A stretch of DNA of 64,000 bases from the human T2T-CHM13v2.0 reference genome, Homo sapiens. This document shows positions 20,482 to 32,199 of the stretch, piece after piece (positions within the stretch are counted from its first letter, which is position 1; every line of letters begins with the position of its first letter). The DNA is taken from the NCBI RefSeq assembly GCF_009914755.1, contig NC_060947.1; one strand, given 5' to 3'. Both the position numbers and the translations under genes were made by a program. The notes below the pieces were generated by a model. That model had not been told where the DNA came from. It ran no database searches and saw nothing but the letters and a program-made list of their open reading frames with translations.

Positions 20482-20883
20482 CTGTATTATATTGACCTTT
20501 CTGGGCTCATTAAACAGACTACATTTTTCAGCCTTCCATGCTGAAGTGGCCAGTTTGGAGTGGCCATATGACTGAGTTTTGGCCAATGAAATGTTAATAA
20601 GTGGTGTGTGCCACTTCCAGGTCTGGCACATATGAATGTTTCATTCACACTTCTCTATGCTTATTTCTTCTTTCAGAGGACTGTGATGGAGATAATCAAT
20701 GTAACTTTAGATGCCATATATTGAAGATGGAAGAGTCGCTATCAGCTTGGATCCCTGAACGATCATGTAGAGACAAATCATCACTTGTCTACTAAGCATA
20801 TCTGCCTTATACTGTTACATAATTGAGAAACTTTGTTGTCCTTGAACCATTTAACATTTTGAGGTCTATTTGCTTCTAATACA
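20482..20883 (+). mobile_element. Old MLT1-type LTR
   Basis: Contains GGCCATATGACTGAGTTTTGGCCAATGAAATG, GTGTGCCACTTCCAGG and terminal CTAATACA. Confidence 0.65.
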
Positions 20884-21784
20884 CCCAATATTTATATATT
20901 TGTTTTTTCCAACACAAGAGGTTACAATTTATCAATTTTTCTGTTTTCTAAGTAATTACATGCAGTTTTTATTAATTACATTTTCCTGCTTACTTTGTTT
21001 TTACTGCTGCTGTTTTGTTCTAACTTATTGAATTCAATATATAGTACATTTATTTTCAGTCTTGTTTAGTAACCAAGGTACTTAAGGATTTATAAGTTCC
21101 TCAACAACAGTTTTTACTACAACCCATAAATTTTGAAAAGTAATACTCTCTTTGACCATATTTTTAAATAGTCTGTAGTTGTAATTTGTATTTCTTATTT
21201 GATCCAGGATTTATTTGCAGGATTTTTTAAAATGTCCCAGTAATTGTGATTTTATACAAACACTAAATAATTTCCAGTTTTTAAATACAATTGTGACCAT
21301 TGCATTTAGCTTATATGATCTCTGTTTTGAGACTCAGGTGAGATTTTGTGACATAGTACCAGACGAAATTTCCATAGTGCTGAAAAAGAAAACTTCTTTT
21401 CTTGTATAAATGTGAATATTTAACCACATTTACTAATTTTTATCTCCTTGTTTATTTTTATCTACATGATATGTCAAAAACTGTCATGAGAATGTATGAA
21501 AGATTGTTAAATAGGCAAAAACGACTGGGTGTCCATTTAGTGGAATACTGGCAATGGAATTCCGGGTGATCCGATTTTGTAGAGTTGTGCATCTTTGTCT
21601 TTGACATGGCTATTTTACAACTCTAAAAGTTGTAGAAAACTAATGGCAGTATAAATGATTTTTGTCCATAGAAACACAAATGAGCACTGTCCAGTAGAGA
21701 CACAAGTGATTTGCATACTATATAGAAAACATGATTCTGAACAGTTTTTCATCTGTTAAAAAATTCATTTCAGTATTCTAAACT

Positions 21785-21807
21785 CTGTGTGTGTGTGTGT
21801 GTGTGTA
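21785..21807. repeat. (TG)n microsatellite
   Basis: About 11 TG units. Confidence 0.9.
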
Positions 21808-21824
21808 TATAGTTTGCTCTTCAG

Positions 21825-22870
21825 ATTTCTTTTTATTTTTAGTAATTACGGGTACATAATAGGTGTATATGTTCATGAAGTATATGTGATGTTCTAACAT
21901 ACGCATACAATGAGTAATATACACATCAGGGTAACTGGGGTAGCCATCATCTCAAGCATTTATCATTTATTTGTGTTAGGAGCATTCCAATTCTACTCTT
22001 TTAGTTGTTTTAAAATATATATTATTGTTGACTACAGTTACCCTGTTGTGCTATAAAATGCTGTATCTTATTCATTCCATCTAACTATATTTTAGCACCT
22101 ATTAGCCATCCCCACTCCCCACTACCCTTTTCAGCCTCTGGTAACCATTATTCTACTCTCTATCTCCATGAGTTTAATTGTTTTACTTTTTAGCTACCAC
22201 ACTTGAATGAGAACTTGTGAAACTTTTCTGTGCCTGGCTTATTTCACTTAATATAATATCCTCCAGTTCCATCCGTGTTGTTGCAAAGGACAGGATTTCA
22301 TTATTTATGGCTCAATAATATTCTATTGTGTATATGTACCACATGTCCTTTATCCATTCATCTGTTGATGAACACTTAGGTTCATTCCATTTGGTTCTTT
22401 TTCGTAGTTTCTATCCCTTTGTTCATTTTATCATTTGGTTCAGGAATCGTTTTCCTGATTTCGTTTGCTTACCTATCTGTGTTCTCTGTTAGCTCACTGA
22501 ACATCTATAAGATGGTTATTTTGACTAACTGTCAGATAATTCCTAGATCATGTCTCTAGAGTTAGTTTCTGGAACTTTATTTTGCTGAATTCAGCCATGT
22601 TTCCCTGTTTTGTTTTTCTGTGTGCCTTGTGATCTTTTATTGGGATTTGGGTATTTAAAAAGATAGCCATCTCTCCCAGTCTTAATGGAATGGCTTCATA
22701 AAGGGAAAGACCTTCACCAGTCAGCTTGGCTAGAGAATCTGTGGACCTCTTAACCTCTTCTGTGAGCTTGTGCATGTAATTTCCCAGTGAAAAAGGTTTG
22801 CTCCTGTTTTCTTCTCAGGAGTCCACATTCTATTACTCCCCTTGGTGTCTATCTGTGGTATTGCAGAACG
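21825..22870 (-). mobile_element. L1MA 3' end (21825-22392) next to an L1M 5'/ORF1-region fragment
   Basis: Contains CCTCTGGTAACCATTATTCTACTCTCTATCTCCATGAG and TGTGCCTGGCTTATTTCACTTAA. Confidence 0.75.
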
Positions 22871-23194
22871 AGTTGTAGAAGAAAGTGATAATGGCAGGGA
22901 GATCAGTTGGAGGTTACTGAAATAGTCCAGAAGAGATATCAAGAGCTGAACTCAAGTACTCATAATGAAAATGATAAGTTAATAAATTTGGCAGCCTTTA
23001 CAGAACTTAGAGACTGATTGGATATGAGGGATAAGATAAAAGACTGGGTTGGGAATAATTCTTAGTTTTTTACTTAAGTTACTATAAGAATGGTGTTATT
23101 AACCATGAGTGTGGGGAGAATGATGGAAAAATACCCCTTAAACTGATAAGATATAAAATGAAAATAAACATTAGTGCTACACACACAGAAATAT

Positions 23195-24297
23195 TGAGAG
23201 GTGACAACGTGCTAGCGGCCCTTGCTCACTCTTGGCGCCTCCTCGGCCTAGGTGTCCGCTCTGGCCAGGCTTGAGGAGCCCTTCAGCCCGCCACTGAACT
23301 GTGAGGGCCCCTCTCTGGGGCTGGCCGAGGCCGGAGCCGGCTCCCTCTGCTCACGGGGAGGTGTGGAGGGAGAGGCACCGCAGGGAGCCAGGGCAGGGTG
23401 TGGAGCTCGTGAGCTGGCATGGGTTCTGGGTGGGCACGGGCTCCGTGGGCCCCGCACTTGGCGCCACCAGCCAGTGCCTGCTGGGCTTGATCCGGGATGA
23501 GCTCCCTCTGGGCTGCCGGAGTGTCCCTGCTGGGTGCCAGAAACTCCCGCAGCACAGTGACTGCCAGTGAGAGGTGAAGTCAGCTGGGCTTCTGGGACTG
23601 GTGGGGACTTGAGAACTTTTCTGTCTAGCTAAAGGATTGTAAAGGCACCAATCAGCACTCTGTGTCTAGCTAAAGGTTTGTAAATGCACCAATCAGCACT
23701 CTGTGTCTAGCTAAAGGTTTGTAAACACACCAATCAGCACTCTGTCAAAAAGGACCAATCAGCTCTCTGTAAAATGGACCAATCAGTAGGATGTGGGTGG
23801 GGCCAGATAAGGGAATAAAAGCAGACTGCCCCAGCCAGCAGGGGCAACCTGTTCGGGACCGCTTTCATGCTCATCACAGTAAATCTTGCTGCTCCTAGCT
23901 CTTTGGGTCTGTGCGGCCTTTATGAGCTGTAACACTCACAGCGAAGGTCTGCAGCCTCACTCCTGAGGCCAGCGAGACCACAAACCCACTGGGAGGGACA
24001 AGCAACTCCGGACCAGAGAAATGAACAACTCCGGATGCCCACCACCTTTATGAACTGGAGTGAAGCTGCAGACCAGGAAACCACTGGAAGGAATGAACAA
24101 CTCCAGACGTGCCACCTTTAAGAGCTGTAACACTCACCGTGAAGGTCTGCAGTTTCAATCCTGAAGCTAGCGAGACCACGAACCCACCAGAAGGAAGAAA
24201 CTCCGGACACACCATCTTTAAGAACTGTAACACCAGGAGGGTCTGCAGCTTCATTCTTGAAGTCAGTGAGACCAAGAACCCACCAATTTTGGACACA
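23195..24297 (+). mobile_element. LTR12-family (ERV9) solo LTR
   Basis: Starts TGAGAGGTGACAACGTGCT, has tandem CCAATCAGC repeats and ends CCAATTTTGGACACA. Flanks are ATAT and ATGT. Confidence 0.93.
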
Positions 24298-24459
24298 ATG
24301 TGACCAAAGTTTACATCACAGATGAGAATACTTCAGGGTTTAGCACTTGGTAGGAAAAACAGGCATTTTGGCTTCTAACTCTAGAAACAAGTGATTATCT
24401 GTTACTCTTGTGTCACTCAAATCTATGTTCACAAACAGCACTACTGCATTTGGTGTCTT

Positions 24460-24540
24460 TTTTATCAAGAGACAGAGTCGTGCTCTGTTGCCCAAGTTGT
24501 AGTGCAGTGGCACAAAACAGCTCACTGTGAGCTCAAACTC
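24460..24540 (-). mobile_element. Alu/FLAM fragment
   Basis: GAGACAGAGTCGTGCTCTGTTGCCCAAGTTGTAGTGCAGTGGCAC. Confidence 0.75.
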
Positions 24541-25929
24541 CGATGTCAGCATCTTACTGTTCCTAAAAGGTTAGAAAGACAATAGCTGGCAGAAACTACA
24601 CGTGTAGAAAAAAATAAACACATTCTTAGCTAGGAAGGTACCAGGAAGTATAAGTATTCTCTGTTTCCTCAAAAATCATAGTAAACTGAAGACCAAAAGA
24701 TGGGTTAGATTCGTAGTTCTTCCTGAATATCCAATATTATTAAAAATTTTTATTGTGAATATCTGGCCATCACATACTTATACTGTCTTGACTCTAAAGT
24801 ACATTTTCCTACTTAAAAGCTTTGGTCTGACAGTATGAAATGGGAAGATTATTTTTCATCAGCCAACTTGGAAATGAATTTCATATAACATGCTAAGAAT
24901 TGCATGAAATTCATTTCTTTTTCTTAGGGAAGATAACAGAAATCACCTTTTAATAGTTTATTTATCTTAAATACTTTATCCAAATATAGAACTACTTCTA
25001 TCCACAAAGTACATACCTAGAAAAATTCAAGAATAGAAATATCCCAGTAATATGGAGGCCAGGTTTCAGGCAACCTCAACTACTTGAAACACCACCCAGA
25101 ACCTGAAAGCAAAACAGGCCTTTGAAGTACCGACCTAGCTGTCAAGTATGAACTTGCATACTTCATTTTCAAAAAGTATTCTTGCAAACTGTCATTTAGA
25201 TAATATAATAGTTAATATTGTGAGTACTTATTATGCATCCATTGTTACTGTTTTCTGTACAAGAGACCATGAAATAAACTCCCAGATTCCACTGTTGGGG
25301 AAAATTTTGCCTCTCAAGATAAACACATTCTGTCAGATAATGATAATTAAAACCAAAAAAAACAAAAATATGTACTTCTCTTTTCTATTGGCTGCTATGA
25401 AGCACAGAGATAAATTTAGCACTCATAAAAAATAAATATTTTATCCTGGATTCCTCAAATAGTTTCTCTTCTTAATTTCTAATTTCCTTTCCAATCTATT
25501 TTTAATCTATCCTACCTTATGTTTTAATACTATAGGGCATCTCAAATCATTTTGTTAAGTTGATAAACTATGTCTTATAAATATTTATAATATTTATTTG
25601 TAGAATAAAAACAGTAAGAAAATGGATAGCAATTTAAGAGATGTCAAATATATCTCAGTAAAAAATTAGTGACCAATATAATACCAATAGAAAAACAAAA
25701 CAAAGCAGAACAAGTCATTCACAAAATAATTAAAAACAAACAGCAATAAAAATAATTTTAAAACAAAAACACTTTTACAAAGGTTTAAGTTCATTCGTAA
25801 TTAATAAATGCAAGTGAAAATGAGTTAGTTATAATTTATTGCCTATGAAACATCCACAGATAAGATAGAATGAAAATAGCAGCACTGACTAGAGTATGAA
25901 AAAGTTATTTTCATCACTTGATGTCCAGG

Positions 25930-26477
25930 TGTTGGAAATAAATTTTCGGTGCCACAAAAGAAATAGCACTCAAACATAAATTTTCTCAGCAAGGCAATTT
26001 TACTTCTATAGAAGGGTGTGTCTCACAGATGGAGCAATGGCGAGAACACACCTGAACAAGGGAGGGGAAGGGATTCTTATCCCTGACACAGGTTGCTCCT
26101 ACTGCTGTGTCGTTCCCCTATTGGCTAGGGTTGGACCACACAGTCTAAACTAATTCCAATTGGCCATTTTAAAGAGACCAGGTGTACAAGCCAGAGAGGC
26201 GGGGTGAGCAGTTTTGGTGGGAAAGGTGGTTATGGAACAGGTGACTAAGGGAGACTCAGGTCAGAGCAGGTGACCAGGGGTGATTCAGGATGGAGCAGGT
26301 GACCAGGGGAACAGATGTGAACTACTGATTAGAACTGGCAGAAAGGTTGTTTACTGAAACTAGGGGCAAGGAGATGAAGAGAATGAGAAAGTTAAACTTT
26401 AAAATGGAGAACAAGGACCTGAACATACTGACATACTGATTCTTTGAAGAGAAACTTAGAACTCACTGTATTTAACA
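25930..26477 (-). mobile_element. LTR10-family (HERV-I group) solo LTR
   Basis: Minus strand starts TGTTAAATACAGTGAGTTCTAAGTTTCTCTTCAAAGAATCAGTATGTCAG. TG...CA ends; 4-bp TSD CAGG. Confidence 0.82.
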
Positions 26478-26596
26478 CAGGGAAGGAGTAAATCAACTGG
26501 TATAATCTTTTCTGAAAAAAATCTGGCAATATACAACAATAGTTTTTAAAATTTATATATCCTTTGACTCGGAGATTCCAATTACAGAGACTTATC

Positions 26597-27092
26597 TGTG
26601 GCCAACTGCCACTGTTACTACTTGAGACCGTCACTATGACAGTTACTACTGTCACTACTTGAGACCATCATTACAAGACTGAATGAAGGGACGAACATAG
26701 AAATGAAAACTTAAGACAAAAGAAACTGTTTTAAAGGAAGGGTCCAGGGGAAGAAGAAGAGAGCTCCCTGCTTCTAGTGAGCATAGGCAGCCCCTGAGCT
26801 TCCACAGCCCTTCATATTTATTGGGTAGCAAGAGCAGGGAGGAGGAGGTAATGATTGGTTGGCTGCTTAATTGATAACAGGTTCATATTATTACCAACCG
26901 GCTTCAGATGTACCTAATCGCAAGAAACACTGTGCTTGGGTCGTGACTACCCTCAGCATTCCTTCTGGGCAGCAGATGCAGTTTGTCAGTTTACCAACAT
27001 TCTGCATTGATGAGAACAGTTTGCTGCCCACTCATATAGCCTCCAGTGGTATACTGAGTTGATCACGACCCTCATTCTTTCGGCCTATGACA
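26597..27092 (-). mobile_element. LTR3-like (HERV-K HML-6) solo LTR
   Basis: Minus strand starts TGTCATAGGCCGAAAGAATGAGGGTCGTGATCAACTCAGTATACCACTGGAGG. 6-bp TSD CTTATC/TTTATC, as expected for a betaretrovirus. Confidence 0.78.
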
Positions 27093-27910
27093 TTTATCCT
27101 AAGGAAACATTTAAGTTTGTAGATAAAGCTTTGATTACAAGGTATTTTATCACATTGTATACAACATAGGTAAGCCAGAAATGTAATTGTTCAACAGTAG
27201 GTGATAAGTACTGTAACACACTTACATAATAGAATACTATGTAGTACTTAAGGTGATCTGTAAAACTATACTCAACATGGAAAGAGGTTCATAATACATT
27301 ACTGAGTGAGAGAAATATATTACAAAATATTATGAATGGTATCATCCTATGTTTGCCTTCTCTGTGCCTGCCCTACTTTTGCTGAATATCACAGGAAAAA
27401 ATAACCCCACCATGTTTTATAATAAATTCATGTTCACAAACCTCAAATCAACATATTATCTGACAATCTTACCACTTTTCCCCAAGTTTACTCTTCCCAC
27501 TCTTTGAGCTGATTAGTCCATAAGTATTTCTCTTTCCTCAAACCACCAATACCACCTCTCCCAACTTATTCTGAGCCAATGAACTTGCTTTCCTTTTGTC
27601 ATATTCTTAAAATGAAGGAGCTATCCTTTGCTTAAAGCTCAATGCCTTCTCACCATCCCCTCTTACCTTCTTTTCTCCTTTAGTCTTCCCCCTGCTGCCC
27701 TCCCTTGCTCGCATCACCAATTTTCCCATCTCTTTTAGATCCTTCTTACATGCAAATTTGTTCTGGGATATCCTAGCTTAAATAAAATCCTTTCCTGGAC
27801 CTTACATCTCCATCTAGCTACCAAATTTCTTCCTCCCTTCAGGGAAAAACTTCTCAAAAGAGTTTTCTACACAAGCTATCTCTACTTCATCACCTCTTTG
27901 ATGTGGCTTT

Positions 27911-28486
27911 TGTGAACCCAGAAAATGTCAGACAGGTCTCTCGCCCAGGTTGAGGATGCATGCCCGTGACACAGCCTCGGGAAGTCCTAAGGACATGTGC
28001 CCAAGGATGCAGCTTGGTTTTATACATTTTAGGGAGGCATGAAACATTAATCAAGTACATTTAAGAAATACATTGGTTTGGTCCAGAAACGCGGGACAAC
28101 ACAAAGAAGCGGGTGGGGGATCCAGGCCATAGGTAAATTTAAACATTTGCTGGTTGACAATTGATTGAGTTTGTCTAAAGACTTGGGATCAATAGAAAGG
28201 AATGCTTGGGTTGTGATGAGAAGTTGCAGAAACCAAAAAGTTTTATCATGCAAATGATGAAGCTTTTAGCTAGCAGGCTTCAGAAAGAACAGGCTGTAAA
28301 ATGTTTCTTATCAGACTTAAAGTCTGTGTTGATGTTCATGCCAGAGAGGTATAATGAGGCGTGTCCAACCCCCACTTCCCTTCATGGCCTGAACCAGTCT
28401 TTCAGGTTAAATTTTAAGAGCCCTGGCCGAGGAGGAAGTCCATTTAGATGGTTGAGGGGGCCTTAGAATTTTATTTTTGGCATACA
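27911..28486 (-). mobile_element. MER4-group ERV1 solo LTR inserted into an L2
   Basis: Minus strand starts TGTATGCCAAAAATAAAATTCTAAGGCCCCC. 4-bp TSD CTTT. L2-like pyrimidine-rich sequence on both sides (about 27350-28900). Confidence 0.8.
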
Positions 28487-29079
28487 CTTTTATCCCCACA
28501 ATTCCAATAAAATGACACTTGAAAATATCAACAATAATATGATTCATGGTCCCAAGTCAAGTTAACATTTTCCATCTTACTGTTACTCAACCTTTTAGCA
28601 GCATATGTATATCTGACCAAGCTCCTCTTGAAACACTCTCCTATTTCAGCTTCTGTGAGGCCACTTTCACCTGTTTTTTCTCCTACCTCTCTACACACTT
28701 TATTGACTTGTCCTGTTATGGTTGTTATTCCTCGATAAGACCTCTGAATATCGAAATTCCTGTGGGCTAGATGCTGGACCCTCTCGTATACATTTCTACC
28801 TTGGATGATCTCATTCCTGTCCATGGGTTTATATGCCAACTATGTGCTCATAACATCCAAATTTATATCTGTAACTCTGACATTTATGATTTCTGGCATC
28901 TAATTAATAAATGTTTGTTTTAAAAAATGTCACACACACACATACACAGAAAGTTCCCATTATCCAAGGACAGCTGGCACTGAAAATGCCACCAGAAGGG
29001 AATCAACTTAATAGGGGAACAAAATTTCATCAGAAATGATAGAAAAGAAGTTTTATTTGGGACTTTAGAAAACTAAAAC

Positions 29080-29216
29080 CAAAAATTATTAAATTAAGCT
29101 TATTTAATCTTATTTTAATTTAAAATATTTAAATTTAAAATAATTTAAATTTTAATTTAAAATATAATTAATATAATTATATTAAAATATAATTAATTTA
29201 AAATTTAATTTTAATT
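29080..29216. repeat. AT-rich low-complexity tract
   Basis: Almost entirely A/T. Confidence 0.85.
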
Positions 29217-31349
29217 GCAGCTATGCAATAATTTTTAGAATGGACAAAGAATGAAATAAGAACTATTTGAGGGATTTGGGGTAGTTCTCTGATAAAAGTG
29301 TTGAATGATACAGTATCCTTTACCTCATAAATAGGGTTATTTTTACCAAAACGTTTGAACAATTCACTGTTTCCTCCAAAGGTCTCTCATTAATTGGATA
29401 TTCAAAATACCCATCACTCATCATCCAAGTGGATTTTTTTCACTTCAACTTAACTGATTTAAATCGTTTTTCATTGGCTTTGACATATTGAAATAGTTAT
29501 CCAATACCACTTTCAACTTTATGAAATCCTGTGTATTTTCCAAGATTTATAATTCTACATTGCAATTAATTTCTTTTTTTTATTGTTAACATTCAATAGT
29601 CAACAGAGGACCAGTGATATGATGGACAATAATACGTGCTATTGTTTAGCAGAAAGGGGTTTTTGAGGAGGACTAATTTTATAAGTGGTTAATTTACTGG
29701 TGAAAATTTCTATGGTATAAGGGACTTTTCTTTACTATACATCATAACTTATAAGCACTCAGAAAAAAATTAAAAATAATTGTATATACACATACACACA
29801 TGCACATGTCTACACATGTATATATAAAGTCTTGTGAGATAGAGGCCCCAAATTGCAGGATGAAAGTTGATTTTTATATTTTTCTTATTTCCTGTGACAT
29901 TTTCTGATTTTTTTCTTATTTCCTGTGAACATTTTTTGATTTTTCTATTACTGGTCATGCATGACTTGTATAAATAAACTATCATGACTTATTAAATGAA
30001 AGTAGGCTTTGAATAGTGTTTGAAAACAATGAGGTTTATAGTCCCTGTCTGGTGACAGCTTTCATTTGCATTTGTATCACAAACTGTCAACTGAAATTAG
30101 ACCTTGGTAGTCATGTAATTCTAGAGTCATTAAGCCCAAAATTACAGGGTACCAGTTGCTAGGGACAAATAACAGACTTGAAACTACAACATGAGAGATT
30201 AAGGTTATATTTACTAAAGAATATTCTGACAGTTCATGTTGTTAATTCTGGAAGCATGACTGCAAACTGAAAAATCTGACTCCAGTTTAGAATTAAATCA
30301 AATCCCATTTTGAGATTTGAGGATTAAATAAATAGGTTGTCATAGTCTCTGCTTTTTCAGCATTTTCTAAACCATGTTGCTTATCAGAATCATCTGGGTC
30401 TCTTGCTACAAATACAGATCCTCATGTTGCACCCTCAAAAATGTGACTTTGTAGGCCAGGAATATCAGCTAACCATAGGTGATTCTGAAGTAGCTTATCG
30501 ATACAACCGTGTTTAGGAATCAATGTTTTAGGCCAATGGTTCTAGGAAGAAATCACCAAGCCCTTGGTGAATGAACATTTACACTCACTTCATGATCACA
30601 TAACAGAGAGTTTCCTAGGGTATGGTCCTCTTTGGGCAATACAAATTGTGATACAATTTCTACTTGTATCAACTGCCTATCCTTCCCAACCAAAAAAAAG
30701 TGAGAATCAACAGTGTTACTCCTCAGTATCAAGCACCAAAAAATAGAATGCAGCAAAATTTGAAAGGGAAAAGCAGTCACTTAAAGCAAACCTTTTGTCA
30801 GACTCCAATACATCCAGATCATAAAAAATTTAAAACTGAAAGAATTCTTAGACCAGCTAATTCAACCTCATAATTTTACAGATGAGAGTCAGAGAAATGA
30901 AGTCATATGATAGTGGCAGAGTTGTTACAAAACCCAGGACACAAGTACTCTTACACTTGTGTGTTTTTCCACTTTACCATGTATTTAATGAATCCATTAT
31001 GAATATTATTGGAGTTCCTTGAGAGCATGTATCTCTACTACTTAGCACACTTCCTGGCACATGATGCCTGGGTAAAAGTTTGTTGAATTGAATGCTCTGT
31101 TTAAACTCCAAGTAGTAAAAATTAAAGTCATGGTGATAGCTTCTAAACATATTTACCTAGAATGTTGGCCTTTCTAATTTGTCGGAGTAAAGCTGTGTGA
31201 ATAACTCTCTCAATAAATCTGGGACAACTGAATTATGTTGCCTTAATGACTGAAAAAAAGAGAAGTCCCTTTTGTGGGATTTACTACGTAAGTAGTGACG
31301 TTTTCCCTATTACATCTCTGCCCCCACTCATCCTTGAAGATGCAGTTCG

Positions 31350-31463
31350 GCTGTGAAGTCAGCTTGCTGTGAAGTCAGCTTGCTGTGAAGTCAGCTTGCT
31401 GTGAAGTCAGCTTGCTGTGAAGTCAGCTTGCTGTGAAGTCAGCTTGCTGTGAAGTCAGCTTGC
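31350..31463. repeat. Minisatellite (GCTGTGAAGTCAGCTT)x7
   Basis: Seven identical 16-bp units at 31350-31461, plus 2 bp. Confidence 0.98.
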
Positions 31464-32199
31464 GCTTGGCCACAGAGGAAGCTGCATTGTATTAATATAA
31501 AGGGTACTTTGGAGACAAAACAGAGTTGCATTTGATTTTCAGCTTTGCTATTAAGGTACTTAACCTCTTTAAACCTAAGTTTTCTCACCATTGTTCACTA
31601 TATCCTTAGATATATCTACACCATGGACATGTCTATGGATTGTTTTTAAAATTCTACTTGTTGCTGGAATTTCAAGAAATGGACTTCAAGATGATACTAC
31701 CCAGGATTGTTGGAATATTCATTGAAACCATGTATATTTTTCAAAAAACAGAATGTAAGAAATCTTGCCTGACATATAAGGGGAACTCAACAAATGCAGT
31801 CTCCAAGAGGACAGGAACTTTGTTTTGTGTACTGTTGTATTAGTGCCTTGGACATAGCAGAAACTCAACAAATAATGCTCATGTGTTTCCCTTCCTTCCT
31901 CTGCCTACTTTGTTAATAAAATATATTTCATATCAACTATCATTGTATCATGCATAAATATTCTTCACGTCTCTTAAATTTGTGTGACTTTCCATTATAC
32001 TTAGAAATTTACTGTCTTCTTACGAAAAGTATTTCCATCTCTCAACAAAGTTAATGATCTGCACAGCTGTGTCAAGAAGATGTAGTAATGTTCAATGTAG
32101 GAAGATGAACAATTTGAAAAACACACACACATTCCCTGATTTCATTCGTGTCACATATGGACTCATGGCTTTCAAACACTCAAACATAACATGAAAACC

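Noticed and set aside
23248-23570. Overlapping GC-rich ORFs / CpG island
   Set aside because: This is the U3 region of LTR12.
29080-29216. Palindromic AT-rich repeat
   Set aside because: Short and low-complexity, with no long true symmetry axis.
31350-31463. Possible CRISPR array
   Set aside because: Head-to-tail identical units with no spacers, no cas genes, and a mammalian context.
31609-31634. p53 response element (GGACATGTCT)
   Set aside because: Only one good half-site; the neighbouring decamer AGATATATCT lacks the core C and G.
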